Source: Candidatus Bathyarchaeota archaeon (lineage in GTDB: Archaea > Thermoproteota > Bathyarchaeia > Bathyarchaeales > Bathycorpusculaceae). Taken from it: a stretch of DNA of 51,544 bases. Every line of letters begins with the position of its first letter. The first letter of the stretch is position 1. Below, one piece after another: positions 28,523 through 39,747 of the stretch. The DNA lies in contig CAVYRJ010000013.1 in the NCBI GenBank assembly GCA_963770935.1, forward strand, positions 1 to 51,544, read 5' to 3'. The notes under the pieces were generated by a model. It did not search any database. It was given only the letters and a program-made list of their open reading frames with translations, and was not told where the DNA came from. The position numbers and the translations under genes were made by a program.

Positions 28523-29896
28523 ATGCAAGGCTCCAACTTGACGGCAAAACCAAGCTTAAAGCACTCAAGATTTCAGCTGTTGCAATCTTTAGTGTTGTAA
28601 TCGTTGAGGTTACTGTGGGCTCACTAGTTAACAGTTTAGCCATTATCAGCGACGGCTTACACGCCTTACTGGACGCACTCACAAGTGTCATGTTGTTCTT
28701 TGCTGTTCGAGCTTCAATGAAACCAGCCGATGAAGAACACACATACGGACATGAAAAATTTGAAACTATCGGGGGATTAATCGGTGGAATAATCCTAATT
28801 GTTGTAGCATGCATAATTTTCTACGAAGCTGTATCAAGATTAATTTCTCCACCTGAGTTTGTCGGCGGCATAGAATACGCCGGGTTCGCAGCTATTGCTT
28901 ACGCACTCTTCGTAGCTTCATTAAGAGTTACTGTCTTCAAGAAAAACCAGCATGTAGAGAGCCAATCTATGAAAGCTGGATTATACGATGCAATCGCCGA
29001 TTTAAGCTCAACTCTCATCGCACTCTTGGGCTTCGCTTTAGCTTTGCTGGGTTACTCTGGTGCAGATGCTTTCGCCTCAATCTTCCTCGGCGCCATGTTG
29101 ACATACTTGAGCATAAAACTGGTTAGGTTCAGCATAATGGAATTAAGCGACACCGCCTCAAAGGAGCTTGTTCAAAAAACAAGAAAAATAATCCTTTCGT
29201 GCGAAGATGTTATGAAAACAGAAAACCTTAAAGTTCGCAAGGTCAGCTCCAAAGTTTTCGTCGATGCCTCCGTTCAAGTTCCAAGCGTTATGAGTTTACA
29301 AGACGCACATTGTTTAGCTTCCAAAATTGAAGCTTGCCTTAAAGATGCCTTCGGCAACGTAGACGCAACGATCCATATTGAACCCTCAGATAAAGGACGC
29401 AAAATGGACCAATTGGTCGAAAAGCTTGCAACCGTTGACGGTGTAAAAGAGGTACATGAAATATCTACCATCTACGTCAGCGGCAAACTCTACATTACCC
29501 TACATGCCTACGTTAACCCTGAATTGTCAGTTGAAGAAGCCCATAAAATCGCTGAAACTATAGAGCAGAGAATGCATAGTGAGATTAAGCCACTTGAAAA
29601 CGTCACAGTACACGTGGAACCCGCAGGTGTTGCAATTCCTGCATCTGGAAGTTAATGAAGCTCAACTTAGAAAAGTCGTTAATGATGTCGCCAAGGGCAT
29701 TGCGGTTAACCTGATGATTAAACGGGTTGTAACTTATGCAGCTGATGGAAAACTTTACATCAACATTGACTGTTGCTTTACTAAGCAGGTTCAGATAAAG
29801 GAAGCTCACAGGATAGCGTCGCTCGTTGAGAAGGAAACTAAAGAACGGTTTGCTAACGCTGTGGTTACGGTTCACATGGAACCAGAATGCCCCTAA
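28523..29896 (+). CDS. cation diffusion facilitator with three C-terminal dimerisation domains; indel near 29647, start uncertain
   Basis: SDGLHALLD, PADEEHTYGHEKFE; three AH...IE...TxHxEP repeats. Confidence 0.88.
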
Positions 29897-30135
29897 TTCA
29901 AACAGTACAGTAAATTATAAGAGGAAGTTAAAATTTTGTTGTAGAAAAGCTAGATTTTGAAAAAAGACATCCATATTGCTTAATTCTAATTTGTGAGGAA
30001 TGAGCAAGGTCACAATGGAGTTAAAATATCACTAAGACTAAAGGATTAAACTATAATTATTGCGATAATTACTAAGAATTAGGTGATTTAGCTAAAATCA
30101 AAATCTATAAACAAAAAAAGAAAGAGAGGGGGAAA

Positions 30136-30926
30136 TTATTTCTTTTTCCTCATTGCGAATACGCCGAAAGCGATCAGTACTATGACTATGACAACGACTA
30201 AGGCAATGATGATTACCATTTCCATTGAGAGGCCGCCAATTGGCCTGCAGGTGTTGATGACTGTCCTACTGGAGTTGGTGTAGTGCTGCCTATTGGTACG
30301 AATACTGGCTGGTAGTTGAATTGTGATGCGTATCCGTGATCGACATTGTAGGGGTTGTCTGTTGGAGTTGGTGTGAATGTGTGTCCGCTGATGCTTCCAA
30401 GGTCGCCTGTAATGATCCAGTTTGAAAATTTCCAGCCACTATCTGGTATTGCGGTGAGATCCACTTTGTCAGCATTGGCTAAAGCATAGGTCCCTGGTGG
30501 TGGGTTCGTGGTTCCGCCAGCGCCTTTCAGAACGACGACAATAGCCGCAGTCTTGAAGTCGGTTACAGGTACTCCGCCTGGCACTTGTTGCAGTACATCG
30601 AATATTGGCTGGACAGCGTAATCTGTGCTCGCGGCAACAGTGAGTGTGTATGGATTATCAGAGACGACATCAGAACCGGTGGCGGTTGCAATTACCCATT
30701 GCACGAAAACATAGCCGTCGAGGGGTGTTGCTGTTAATGTAACACCTGTGCCGGCGTCATAGCTAACGGTTGGTCCAGCGGCGGGGTCTGTTGATCCGCC
30801 TAATGAATCTAAGAGAGTGACACTGCCTTGACCTTGCGCAATTGCGATTGGGCTGATTGATAGCAAAAGTATTGCTGATAGTAGAGTTATTACAAAAATT
30901 TTACTGGTTTTTGCTGAAATATTCAT
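30136..30926 (-). CDS. surface protein with two InlB-B-like repeat domains and a C-terminal TM anchor; indel near 30240
   Basis: signal peptide; VTLTATPLDGYVFVQW and VDLTAIPDSGWKFSNW; shifted frame ends IGGLSMEMVIIIALVVVIVIVLIAFGVFAMRKKK*. Confidence 0.8.
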
Positions 30927-31171
30927 TTTTTTTTCTCCTAAATTTACAAATGCTTGCTTGTCATGAATTAGATAAAATTGCTATATTTAGTTATGTGACT
31001 GTCGATACACACCCACAACTTAGCCCTAACCATTGCTTACTATTTGTCATTCACCAATAAGGCAATAAGATTTAAGGAAACTGCTATGTTTGACATCTTT
31101 ATGAAAGAAGTCTTATGCGCAATAACCTTTAATGCTCACCAATAAAATATTGGGTAGGTAGAAGTTCGAGG

Positions 31172-33398
31172 GTGTATGGGAAAATGTTGTCTCGCTCGGC
31201 AATAGTTAAACTGAAAGCAATCTTGATCATCGACTTAATTATTATAGGTGCTGCTGCAGGTGCCTACTTTTATCTCCAGGACCAAGGTTTAGTGTCAGGC
31301 GCACCCAAACCAGCCGAGTTCACCCTGACAGATCTTATTGTAAGCCCACTTGAGGCTTACGTGGGGGAAACGGTGCAAATTTCAGTTAACGTGACCAACA
31401 TCGGAGAAGTAGAAGGTAACGAAACGGTAAACCTTGAAATTAACGGAGCGTTGAAAGATACTGCAAATATTACTCTTGCAGGTAACTCCTCAGACATTGT
31501 AGCTTTTGCAGATATTGAAAATATAATTGGGAATTATAATGTTCAAGTTGGAAGTTTGAGTGGAAACTTTACAATTAAAGAGGCACCACCTGAATCAAGC
31601 AAGATAGTTCTATCTGATCTAAGAGTCAACCCGTATGAAGCATGGATTGATGAGCCAGTTAATGTAACTGCGATTGCAAAAAATCCTAGCTTAATTCCAG
31701 ATAAGTTAATGGTAAAGATTACAGTGGATGATATAGCACTAGCATCCCAAGTTGTTGAGTTGGATGCAGGAGCAAGCAAAACTATATCGTTCGTCGTTAA
31801 TGCAACCACCGAAGGAAAACATACTCTCAAAATGAATACTTTAAGCGGTTCATTCATGATTGTTAAAACAGGCTATCACACCCTTACAATTAACCGTTCA
31901 GGCGGTGGAAGCAAATCCGTACCCTTTAATCTAAACGGTCAAGAATACGGAACTCCTTACACAGAACTTGTTCCCGTTGGCGAATACAGAATAAGCATGC
32001 CAAGCCCCTTTAGTGTTGGCACCGGAGTTTTAGAATTTACATCTTGGAACGATGGCGTCCGTACCTCATCAAGATCCTTTACCCTAGATAAAAGGCTGAT
32101 ACTGGTTGCAACCTACACGTTAATCAGCGGATACGCATCCTGCCCCTCGCTCTACATTTGGAATGGCACAGGCTACTCCTATGTGACTGACGTTTCAAAC
32201 TCCGGCTGGCTGGGATACATAGGCTATATGAACGCTGACGGCTCCATCGTGTTTAAAGACGGCAACCCATGGGACTACGTCAAATTGGACAAGAACGCTT
32301 TGGCTACCAAAAACGGCAACTTCGAAATGACGCTTTCTCAGCAATGGGATGAACTGTATTATCTCGACTCAGCACAACTTCTAGTCGTTGACCACCCAAT
32401 AGGCACTGATGTCTACATGTCAATGACTAGCTACCTCAGTGATGGCTCAACCGGAAAAGTTTACACGGTAACTAACGGAAACTTGTTGTCCCCCGTTAGC
32501 GCCACCAACGAGAAAGGCCAAAGCGTCCTATCGCAGCTTTCAACACAAGACGGAGTATTCACGCCCGGCATCAACGGTTATGACAGCTTATGGAACGACA
32601 TTACCTTAAACCAATTGACACTCGACTTAGGCAATCTGACAGGAGCACCACAAGTTAAAGCTTGTCATTACCGGTATGGTTGACTGGGGCTTAGCTGAAC
32701 CATATTACGATTGGATTGATAGCTTCAAGGAGGCGGCGGCGAAAAATCTTGTCTCCGACGGAACCGAAATTACGCCGGCGCCATACATAGAAGTTAAAGC
32801 TGCAAACGGCAGTTGGGTCCGTGTTCAAAAGGACATACCCTTACCTGCAGACTATAGAGCACGCACATACACTGTGGATTTGACTGGAATATTCCCAAAC
32901 GATGCAGCTGACTTCCAAATTAGATTCAACAACTATTGGAACGTGACCTACGATTACATTGGAATAGACATAACGCAACCGCAGGCAATAACCACACAAG
33001 CAATCAAGCCTACGACGGCAACCTTTGAGCAACTCTGGGATACGCTATCTAATTCTTCTGGAGCCTTCACCCGATATGGCGACGTGCTTACGTTATTGCA
33101 GGATGCTGATGACATGTATGTTGTTGGAAGACAAGGCGATCAAGTGAACATGCAATTCTCAACAGGAAACCTTACAGATACAGCTGATGGCATGGAACGT
33201 GACTACTTCTTTGTTGTTGCCTGCTGGTTCAAAGACCCGCCAGGAGCATGGGGATACGGCTTTGACTTCACAGTGGAACCGATGCCTTTTATCGCTATGA
33301 GCGGATTCCCCTATCCAAGCGGAGAAAGCTATCCGTATGACGCAGCGCACTTAGCCTACATACAACAATATAATACCAGAGTAATAACTAATCCATAA
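31172..33398 (+). CDS. N-anchored extracellular protein: two CARDB/Ig domains plus a large C-terminal domain; 1-nt insertion at ~32658
   Basis: N-terminal TM; VSPLEAYVGETVQISVNVTNIGEVEG CARDB; removing one A gives QVKLVITGMVDWG, joining 32676..33398. Confidence 0.82.
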
Positions 33399-33520
33399 CC
33401 ACCATTTTTTTGCTTCAATCTGCTTGAAAAATTAACACAGTGTCCGTGAGAAAATACCTATAAGATTTAAATTACCTACTTCTCATTATTGACAGTAAAA
33501 AATCTCGTGGGGACTCCTGG

Positions 33521-34216
33521 ATATCATTAACTGAAATATCTAATCCATACCTTGGCGCGTTTACAATTGGAGTATTCTACGGATTAGTGGTTTGCACTGC
33601 ATCATGCCTCCCATATATAACCAGTTATATCGCTGGTACAGGCGCCGGCTTCAGCAAAGGCGTTAAGATTACGTTGATTTTCAACTCAGGCAGAATCCTT
33701 GCTTACACTTTAATAGGAGGGTTAATTGGCTTATTTAGCGGACTAATCACGCTGGCTGCAACCGACGCTATTTCGCCCTTTCAAGTCTATGCTTCATTGG
33801 TTTTTGGCATTGTGACATTGGCTATTGGAGCAAGTATTCTTCTGAGAGCACGAAAACCACACGATTGCAATATTCAAAGCGGCATTATGGTTGCCTCGGG
33901 CAAAATTGGCAGGTTCGGGTTTGACTTTGGCGCTTTTTCGCTTGGCCTAACTAGAGGATTAATTATTTGTCCGCCTTTGATTACACTTCTTGTGGTTTAT
34001 GCGCTACCTTTCTCTAACCCAATCGGAAGCATGACTCTGGCTATGTTGTTTGGTCTAGGAACCACGGTGTCGCCGATATTGGTGCTAGGCGGAGTTACGG
34101 GTTGGCTACTCAACAAGGCGCCTCTTTTTCGCAAGTGGATTTCAATAACTGGTGGCGTCGTGCTGATAGGACTTGGAATAATTACAATAGTCAGTTCGAT
34201 GATTCAATTACCTTAA
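33521..34216 (+). CDS. DsbD_2/TauE-like six-TM membrane protein with CxxxC and CPP motifs
   Basis: GLVVCTASCLPYI, FNSGRILAY, LIICPPL, LFGLGT; frame is open upstream of the 33587 call, start uncertain. Confidence 0.8.
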   Translation: MSLTEISNPYLGAFTIGVFYGLVVCTASCLPYITSYIAGTGAGFSKGVKITLIFNSGRILAYTLIGGLIGLFSGLITLAATDAISPFQVYASLVFGIVTLAIGASILLRARKPHDCNIQSGIMVASGKIGRFGFDFGAFSLGLTRGLIICPPLITLLVVYALPFSNPIGSMTLAMLFGLGTTVSPILVLGGVTGWLLNKAPLFRKWISITGGVVLIGLGIITIVSSMIQLP

Positions 34217-34230
34217 ATGGCTGAAAAGAA

Positions 34231-35232
34231 ATGGATTGGAATATAATTGGAGACCTATTGAGACTTACAGTTCTCGGGGGGTTAGGGTTAGCAGGGATAG
34301 TAGCCATTTTGATTTGGAAGAAGAATATGGCGTCGCGAGTTACTTTTGTCCGATTTGTTATTCAGGCGATTTCTTTTACAGCCATATTCTACATATTTAC
34401 TTATACAATTCCCCTGCTATACGTGTTGATAATTCTTTTGGGGATTACTCTATTTATAGGGAGATTTTTTTGCGGTTGGCTGTGCCCATTCGCCTTAGTA
34501 ATGGACATAGAAAGCGCTGTTAGAAAAGCCTTCAAGAAACGTTATCGAATCATACCTGATAGACTGAACATAAGCCTTCACCGATTGAGATTTGTTATAT
34601 TATTGTTTTTCCTGTTTACTCCATTCGTATTGTGGTTTTTGGAGCCCCCACCTAACATTGATTTCGCAGTATTGGAGGCACAACTTTTGGCGGGTCCATT
34701 CCGCGCCTACAGCGTAATATTAGCGCCCCTCATACCATTAGTGGTATCCTGGACAACTGCTCCCCTAATAATTAACGGAGTGAATTTCAGTTATCCTTAT
34801 GTTCAAGACATTATACTTTGGGCAGGAAAAGACATTGGTCAAGTAATAAGTGTCGTATTTGTCGGTTTGACGCTCGTTGGCTCCTTCTTTATCCGCCGTT
34901 CGTGGTGCCGGTTCTGCCCTACTGGCGTATCGTTGGCCGTTGTAAATAGATTTAAGGGTTTTAAGTGGGCTCCCCTGCTGCATATAGACAAAGATGAAGA
35001 GAAATGCACCAAATGCGGAGTCTGCAAAAGAGTTTGCCCTGTCCAAGTTAACGAAGTATATGAGCAGAAGGGCGGTAAAATAAAAACCTCTCAATGTATG
35101 CTGTGTATACGATGCGTTGAAATGTGCCCATATGAAGGCACGTTAAAAGTAAAGTTTGGTAGTAAGTCAATGTTCGAGTCAAGGAACTGGTTGGAACAAC
35201 CAAAGACAGAAGAGGAAGAGAGAACGAAATGA
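34231..35232 (+). CDS. membrane-bound 4Fe-4S binding protein (NapH/MauN-like)
   Basis: GRFFCGWLCP, RSWCRFCP, CTKCGVCKRVCP, CMLCIRCVEMCP; 4-5 TMs. Confidence 0.9.
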   Translation: MDWNIIGDLLRLTVLGGLGLAGIVAILIWKKNMASRVTFVRFVIQAISFTAIFYIFTYTIPLLYVLIILLGITLFIGRFFCGWLCPFALVMDIESAVRKAFKKRYRIIPDRLNISLHRLRFVILLFFLFTPFVLWFLEPPPNIDFAVLEAQLLAGPFRAYSVILAPLIPLVVSWTTAPLIINGVNFSYPYVQDIILWAGKDIGQVISVVFVGLTLVGSFFIRRSWCRFCPTGVSLAVVNRFKGFKWAPLLHIDKDEEKCTKCGVCKRVCPVQVNEVYEQKGGKIKTSQCMLCIRCVEMCPYEGTLKVKFGSKSMFESRNWLEQPKTEEEERTK

Positions 35233-36557
35233 ACGAAACCGTTGCAAAAAAATACATGCCTGAAGTATCCAGAAAAGAAATTGAAGAACTTAAAACCACC
35301 GTGAAAGCAGCCTCCCTAAAAATAATGGCAGATAACATTGAACGCATGAAAAAAGCTGACCCCCACCGCCCGCAAGCAATGAAGTACTTCGATGACATTT
35401 CTAACCTGTTTGGGCAACGCCAACAGGAAATTCAGGCAGAGAAAGAAAAAGGAAAAAAAGTCATCGGTTACTTGTGCCTTTTCGCACCCACCGAACTGAT
35501 TTTAGCCGCAGATGCCATTCCGGTAAGAGTGAACTCTGGTTGGTATGACACCTCCAAGTTAGGTGACAGGGTAGTGCCAGTGGAGGTTTGCCCAGTTATC
35601 CGCTCAACTATCGGCGCCAAAATGATTGAACTCTCCCCGTTCCTCGAGCAAAGCGACGCATTAATCAGCGTTCTAACCTGCGACGGCATGACAAAACTCA
35701 GCGAAATTCTAAGTGATTATAAGACAATTTGGGGAATGAACGTACCTCGAATAAAAGACTCAACCCAGTCGCTGCGTTTTTGGAACGACGAAATAAAACA
35801 GATGAAAACACAGATCGAACAATTCACCGGCAACAAGATAACTCGCAAAAACCTAAAAGAAGCCATCGAAACAAGCCACAGAGCAACCAAAGCTTTTCGC
35901 CGCTTACAAGAACTACGTAAAGGCAACCCAGTCATTATGGGCAGAGATGCCATGCTGGTAAACCAAGCCTACCAATGGGATGACAAGAAACGTTGGACAG
36001 AAAAAACTGAAGCCTTATGCGATGAACTCGAAGCGAGAGCGCAACGGAAAGATTGGGTTTGCCCTCCAGATACACCAAGAGTAATGGTTACAGGCACACC
36101 AATGTTTTGGCCAGACAATTGGAAACTTCCTAGCTTGGTCGAAGAAAGCAGTCCTCAAGGCATCATCGTAGCCGACGAACAATGCTCAGGCGAACGAATC
36201 CTCAACGACCCCGTCGGTGTCGACGAATGGTCTATGGATGACATGTTAAACGCCATTGGTGAACGTTACTTGATGGCTTCCACTTGCCCTTGCTTCACTA
36301 GCAAAGACGGCAACGAAGACCGAATAAACTGGCTTCTAACCAAAGTTAAAGACTGGAAGATTCAAGGAGTTATCTACTATGTGGTCCGAGGCTGCATGCT
36401 TTACGCTATGGAATATACTCGGGTCAAAAAAGCGCTCGACAAAATCAATGTTCCAGTGTATTACCTTGATACCGAATACACTAGGGAAGATGTTGGGCAA
36501 ATGAAGACTCGTGTTGAAGCTTTCCTTGAGATGTTAACGGCAAGAGTTGACATTTAA
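35229..36557 (+). CDS. 2-hydroxyacyl-CoA dehydratase (HGD-D) family protein, double-cubane reductase-like
   Basis: GYLCLFAPTELI, VCPVIRS, TCDG, PRVMVTGTP, EQCSG, TCPCF, GCMLY, GQMKTRVEAFLEML. Confidence 0.85.
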   Translation: MNETVAKKYMPEVSRKEIEELKTTVKAASLKIMADNIERMKKADPHRPQAMKYFDDISNLFGQRQQEIQAEKEKGKKVIGYLCLFAPTELILAADAIPVRVNSGWYDTSKLGDRVVPVEVCPVIRSTIGAKMIELSPFLEQSDALISVLTCDGMTKLSEILSDYKTIWGMNVPRIKDSTQSLRFWNDEIKQMKTQIEQFTGNKITRKNLKEAIETSHRATKAFRRLQELRKGNPVIMGRDAMLVNQAYQWDDKKRWTEKTEALCDELEARAQRKDWVCPPDTPRVMVTGTPMFWPDNWKLPSLVEESSPQGIIVADEQCSGERILNDPVGVDEWSMDDMLNAIGERYLMASTCPCFTSKDGNEDRINWLLTKVKDWKIQGVIYYVVRGCMLYAMEYTRVKKALDKINVPVYYLDTEYTREDVGQMKTRVEAFLEMLTARVDI

Positions 36558-36558
36558 T

Positions 36559-37344
36559 ATGATAACCATCGGAATGGACCTGGGGACACAAAGGGTACAA
36601 GTAGTAATAGTAAAAGACGGCTGCGTAATTGCAAGAACCACAGCGTTCTCGGGGTTCGACCCCACCAAAGCTGCAGAACAAGCAGTAGATGAAGCCCTAA
36701 AAATAGCCAACCTAAAACTCTCAGATATACACCATTTTGCCGCAACAGGTTCAGCCATGGACATGGCGCCATATGCAAACAGCAAAGTCAGCATGATGAG
36801 CGCAGACGCAAAAGCAGGAGTCTATCTTGTTCCTAAAGCCCGAACAATCATAGATATCGGAGCTGAAGAAGCAAGAGCCGTAAAATGCGACGAGAAAGGA
36901 GTAATGGCAGATTTTGTCCTTAACGAACGCTGTGCAGCTGGCGCTGGCGCATTCATTGAAGCCATGGCAAGGGCACTTGAAGTCAAGATGGAAGATATGG
37001 GTCCACTAGCGCTTAAGGCAGAACGGGCAAGCCCCATAAACGCTTCCTGTGTCATCTTCGGCGAGTCCGATGTAGTTTCCCTTATTCACCGCCAAGAATC
37101 CAAACCTGAAATTGCACGTGCAGTATATGATGCGATGGCTGACCGAGTCTCATCAATGATCCACCGCTTAGGAATAAATCCCGAAGTAATTCTGGTGGGG
37201 GGCGTCGCCAAAGACCCCGGGTTCGTAGCATCCCTAAACCGAAAACTTGGTTTAACTGTAACGATTCCAGAATACCCCGAGTATGTTGGAGCATTGGGTG
37301 CAGCGTTAATAGCTGCTACACGTGCCAAGGAGACACAGAAATGA
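36559..37344 (+). CDS. ASKHA ATPase activase, BzdP/BcrD-like subunit
   Basis: GMDLG, DIGAEEARAV, NERCAAGAG, ASCVIFGESD; lacks GYGR. Confidence 0.88.
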   Translation: MITIGMDLGTQRVQVVIVKDGCVIARTTAFSGFDPTKAAEQAVDEALKIANLKLSDIHHFAATGSAMDMAPYANSKVSMMSADAKAGVYLVPKARTIIDIGAEEARAVKCDEKGVMADFVLNERCAAGAGAFIEAMARALEVKMEDMGPLALKAERASPINASCVIFGESDVVSLIHRQESKPEIARAVYDAMADRVSSMIHRLGINPEVILVGGVAKDPGFVASLNRKLGLTVTIPEYPEYVGALGAALIAATRAKETQK

Positions 37345-38252
37345 CTCCTACCCAACCGGTTGCCAAAATGGTGGAGTTCTGGCGTTGGCAGGAATACCAC
37401 CGAGTAATGCCCAACATAAAATGGACAAACAAAGACATTATCACAGCAGGCGTTGACGTTGGCTCAGTTGGTTCCAAAGCCGCCATAATGGTAAACGGCC
37501 AAGCCTATAGCTGGGGCATTACCCGCACAGGTTCTAATAGTCCTGAAAGCGCCAACAAAGCACTTGACTACGCCTTAGAAGGAACAGGGCTACAAGTAAG
37601 CGACCTCAAATATATCGTCGGCACAGGCTACGGACGCGTCAACGTGCCCATGGCGAACAAAGCCATAACCGAAATCGCCTGCCACGCAAAAGGCGCCAAC
37701 TACATCTGGGGACCAAGAGTCAGAACCGTCCTCGACGTCGGCGGACAAGACATCAAAGCAATACGCATCGACGAAACAGGCAGAGTCGTCTCCTTTCTCA
37801 TGAACGACAAATGTGCCGCCGGAACAGGCAGAGGAATGGAAGTCTTCGCGGACCTGCTACAAATTCCCATCGAACAAATCGGCGAAATCTCGCTTAAAGT
37901 CGAAAAAGAACCAGAACCCGTAAGCTGCACATGCGTTGCCTTTGCCAAAACCGAAGCCATGGGTTTATTGCGTAAGGGCTGGTCTAAGGAAAAAGTTTTG
38001 GCGGCTTATACTAGGGCTATGGCTGTCCGCATGGCTAACTTAATCAACAGAGTTGGCCTCGAGAAGGAACTTGTCGTTACTGGAGGACAATCAAAAAACA
38101 TCGGCATCGTCAGCAGAATCGAAACTATTCTTGGCGTCAAATGCCTCCCTATGCCTCAATGGCGAGAAGGCGGGCTAGATCCCATGATTGCCGGCGCATT
38201 GGGCGCTGCTTTGCTGGCCAAAGCGTTGTATGACAAATCTCAAAGGGGATAG
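37341..38252 (+). CDS. ASKHA ATPase activase, BzdQ/BcrA-like subunit
   Basis: N-terminal EFWRWQE extension, GVDVGS, GTGYGR, EIACHAKG, NDKCAAGTG, CTCVAFA. Confidence 0.88.
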   Translation: MTPTQPVAKMVEFWRWQEYHRVMPNIKWTNKDIITAGVDVGSVGSKAAIMVNGQAYSWGITRTGSNSPESANKALDYALEGTGLQVSDLKYIVGTGYGRVNVPMANKAITEIACHAKGANYIWGPRVRTVLDVGGQDIKAIRIDETGRVVSFLMNDKCAAGTGRGMEVFADLLQIPIEQIGEISLKVEKEPEPVSCTCVAFAKTEAMGLLRKGWSKEKVLAAYTRAMAVRMANLINRVGLEKELVVTGGQSKNIGIVSRIETILGVKCLPMPQWREGGLDPMIAGALGAALLAKALYDKSQRG

Positions 38253-38262
38253 GAGACTTTTC

Positions 38263-38556
38263 TTGATCACGCATTATGGCTATTGCGATGGTTCAGGCGA
38301 ATACTACATAATTATCGACTCGGACAAGTGTAGTGGCTGTAGCAAATGCGTCCAAAAATGCCCTCAAAAAGCGCTTCGAGTCGAAACCGAGTTCATTGAC
38401 TTAGAAGACAAAACTGTGGCAGCGGTCACGGAAGAACACTGCAAAAAAATAAAGTACACTTGCGCATCGTGCAATCCAGAAAACAACCTTACACCGTGCG
38501 TTTTGATTTGCGAAGCAAGAGCGATTAAATGCGTTTGGAACCCATCTAAAAGTTAA
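38263..38556 (+). CDS. ferredoxin-like protein
   Basis: YGYCDGSGEYYIIIDSDKCSGCSKCVQKCP and CASC...PCVLIC; AGGAG RBS before TTG 38263. Confidence 0.85.
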   Translation: MITHYGYCDGSGEYYIIIDSDKCSGCSKCVQKCPQKALRVETEFIDLEDKTVAAVTEEHCKKIKYTCASCNPENNLTPCVLICEARAIKCVWNPSKS

Positions 38557-38718
38557 CCATGATTATTATTTTATACAAATCATGGGTAGCTGTTAGATTC
38601 TCAACTGCAAGAAAGCTATGGTCTTACGCTCAAAGCAATTTAGTATTGAGTATTGCTAATCAATATACCTAATGCTACTTGAAAATTCGCTAGCTTTATT
38701 TATCGACAAAATCAATCA

Positions 38719-39309
38719 TTGTCAGACAGTGGGGATAGAAGTTTGACAAAGAATCCGCAATCAAGAGATGACGCACTTGAGGCACTAGACTTCATAGTAA
38801 ACGTCCTCAAAGAACATGAAAAAGATTTAGACAAACTCATTGGCGAATTAGCCACAGTTACAGAGCAAATGGGGGACACTGGCGAGTTAAACAGCAAAGT
38901 TGAAAAAGTAGAAGGGAAAATTGACGCACTCCAAAAAGAAGTAGCAAACCTGATAGGTGCCTTATCTGGTGCGCCAAAACAATCATTGGCGGGGACGGGG
39001 GTGGTTGCTTTTGAGCAGCCAAGTATTTTGCCTTCTTCATCTGTTGAGAGTTTGCGGAATGGTCCGTCGATTGTTTTGCACTGCAAACAGTGGGAAGATT
39101 TCCAAATTTTAGCAGCAAAAACTCAAACGTTATCTTTCAGCTATAAAGAAGAGGAAAAAGTCTTTCAAGCGAACGCACTCAAGGGCAACCAAATAATAAC
39201 CTACAGCGGAGTACTACCGAAACTTTCGGATATCCTTAAGATGTGGCTCTCAAAGCATCTTGATGTTCCCGAACGCAGCATTCTTGAGGGTGCTTTAGCA
39301 GTAGGCTGA
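38719..39309 (+). CDS. conserved hypothetical protein with N-terminal coiled coil
   Basis: 196-aa ORF with heptad pattern. Confidence 0.75.
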   Translation: MSDSGDRSLTKNPQSRDDALEALDFIVNVLKEHEKDLDKLIGELATVTEQMGDTGELNSKVEKVEGKIDALQKEVANLIGALSGAPKQSLAGTGVVAFEQPSILPSSSVESLRNGPSIVLHCKQWEDFQILAAKTQTLSFSYKEEEKVFQANALKGNQIITYSGVLPKLSDILKMWLSKHLDVPERSILEGALAVG

Positions 39310-39747
39310 ATCCATATTTTCTGTTCTGTTTTTTGTTTCATAACGTTTATAACTATTTTTAGAATATCTTGAGTCTTGTTAGTGATTGGAGGGAATGGTT
39401 GCGGTTGAAGGCTAAACCACTAAGCCAGAAACATTTTCCGTTTTCGAAGCCTTCTCCTTTCTCCTCGATACGGATGGCTATTGGACAGCCAACACACATA
39501 ACCAGCACCCTCCAAACAACACTAACAAAAAGTTCTCAAAGAAGAAAAGCTCAACTTTTTAAGCCTGTTTTCTAAGTTTTTTTCAATTGGTTAATTTTTT
39601 TAAGTGTTAAATACTAGTTTCCTGCTTATTTTTGAGAAACCAAGATTTTTATAGAGCCGAAAACAGCGAATTAAATCCAGTTTAGAATTTGAGCAAATTT
39701 ATCTATAGCCCAACTAAAAAGCATGGAAATAAACAAAGAAGGAAGGT

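Noticed and set aside
35229-38252. Calling the cluster a complete benzoyl-CoA reductase
   Set aside because: Only one HGD-D subunit is present and there are no aromatic-pathway neighbours.
39369-39575. 68-aa ORF between the coiled-coil gene and porB
   Set aside because: No recognisable motif; cannot be supported from sequence alone.
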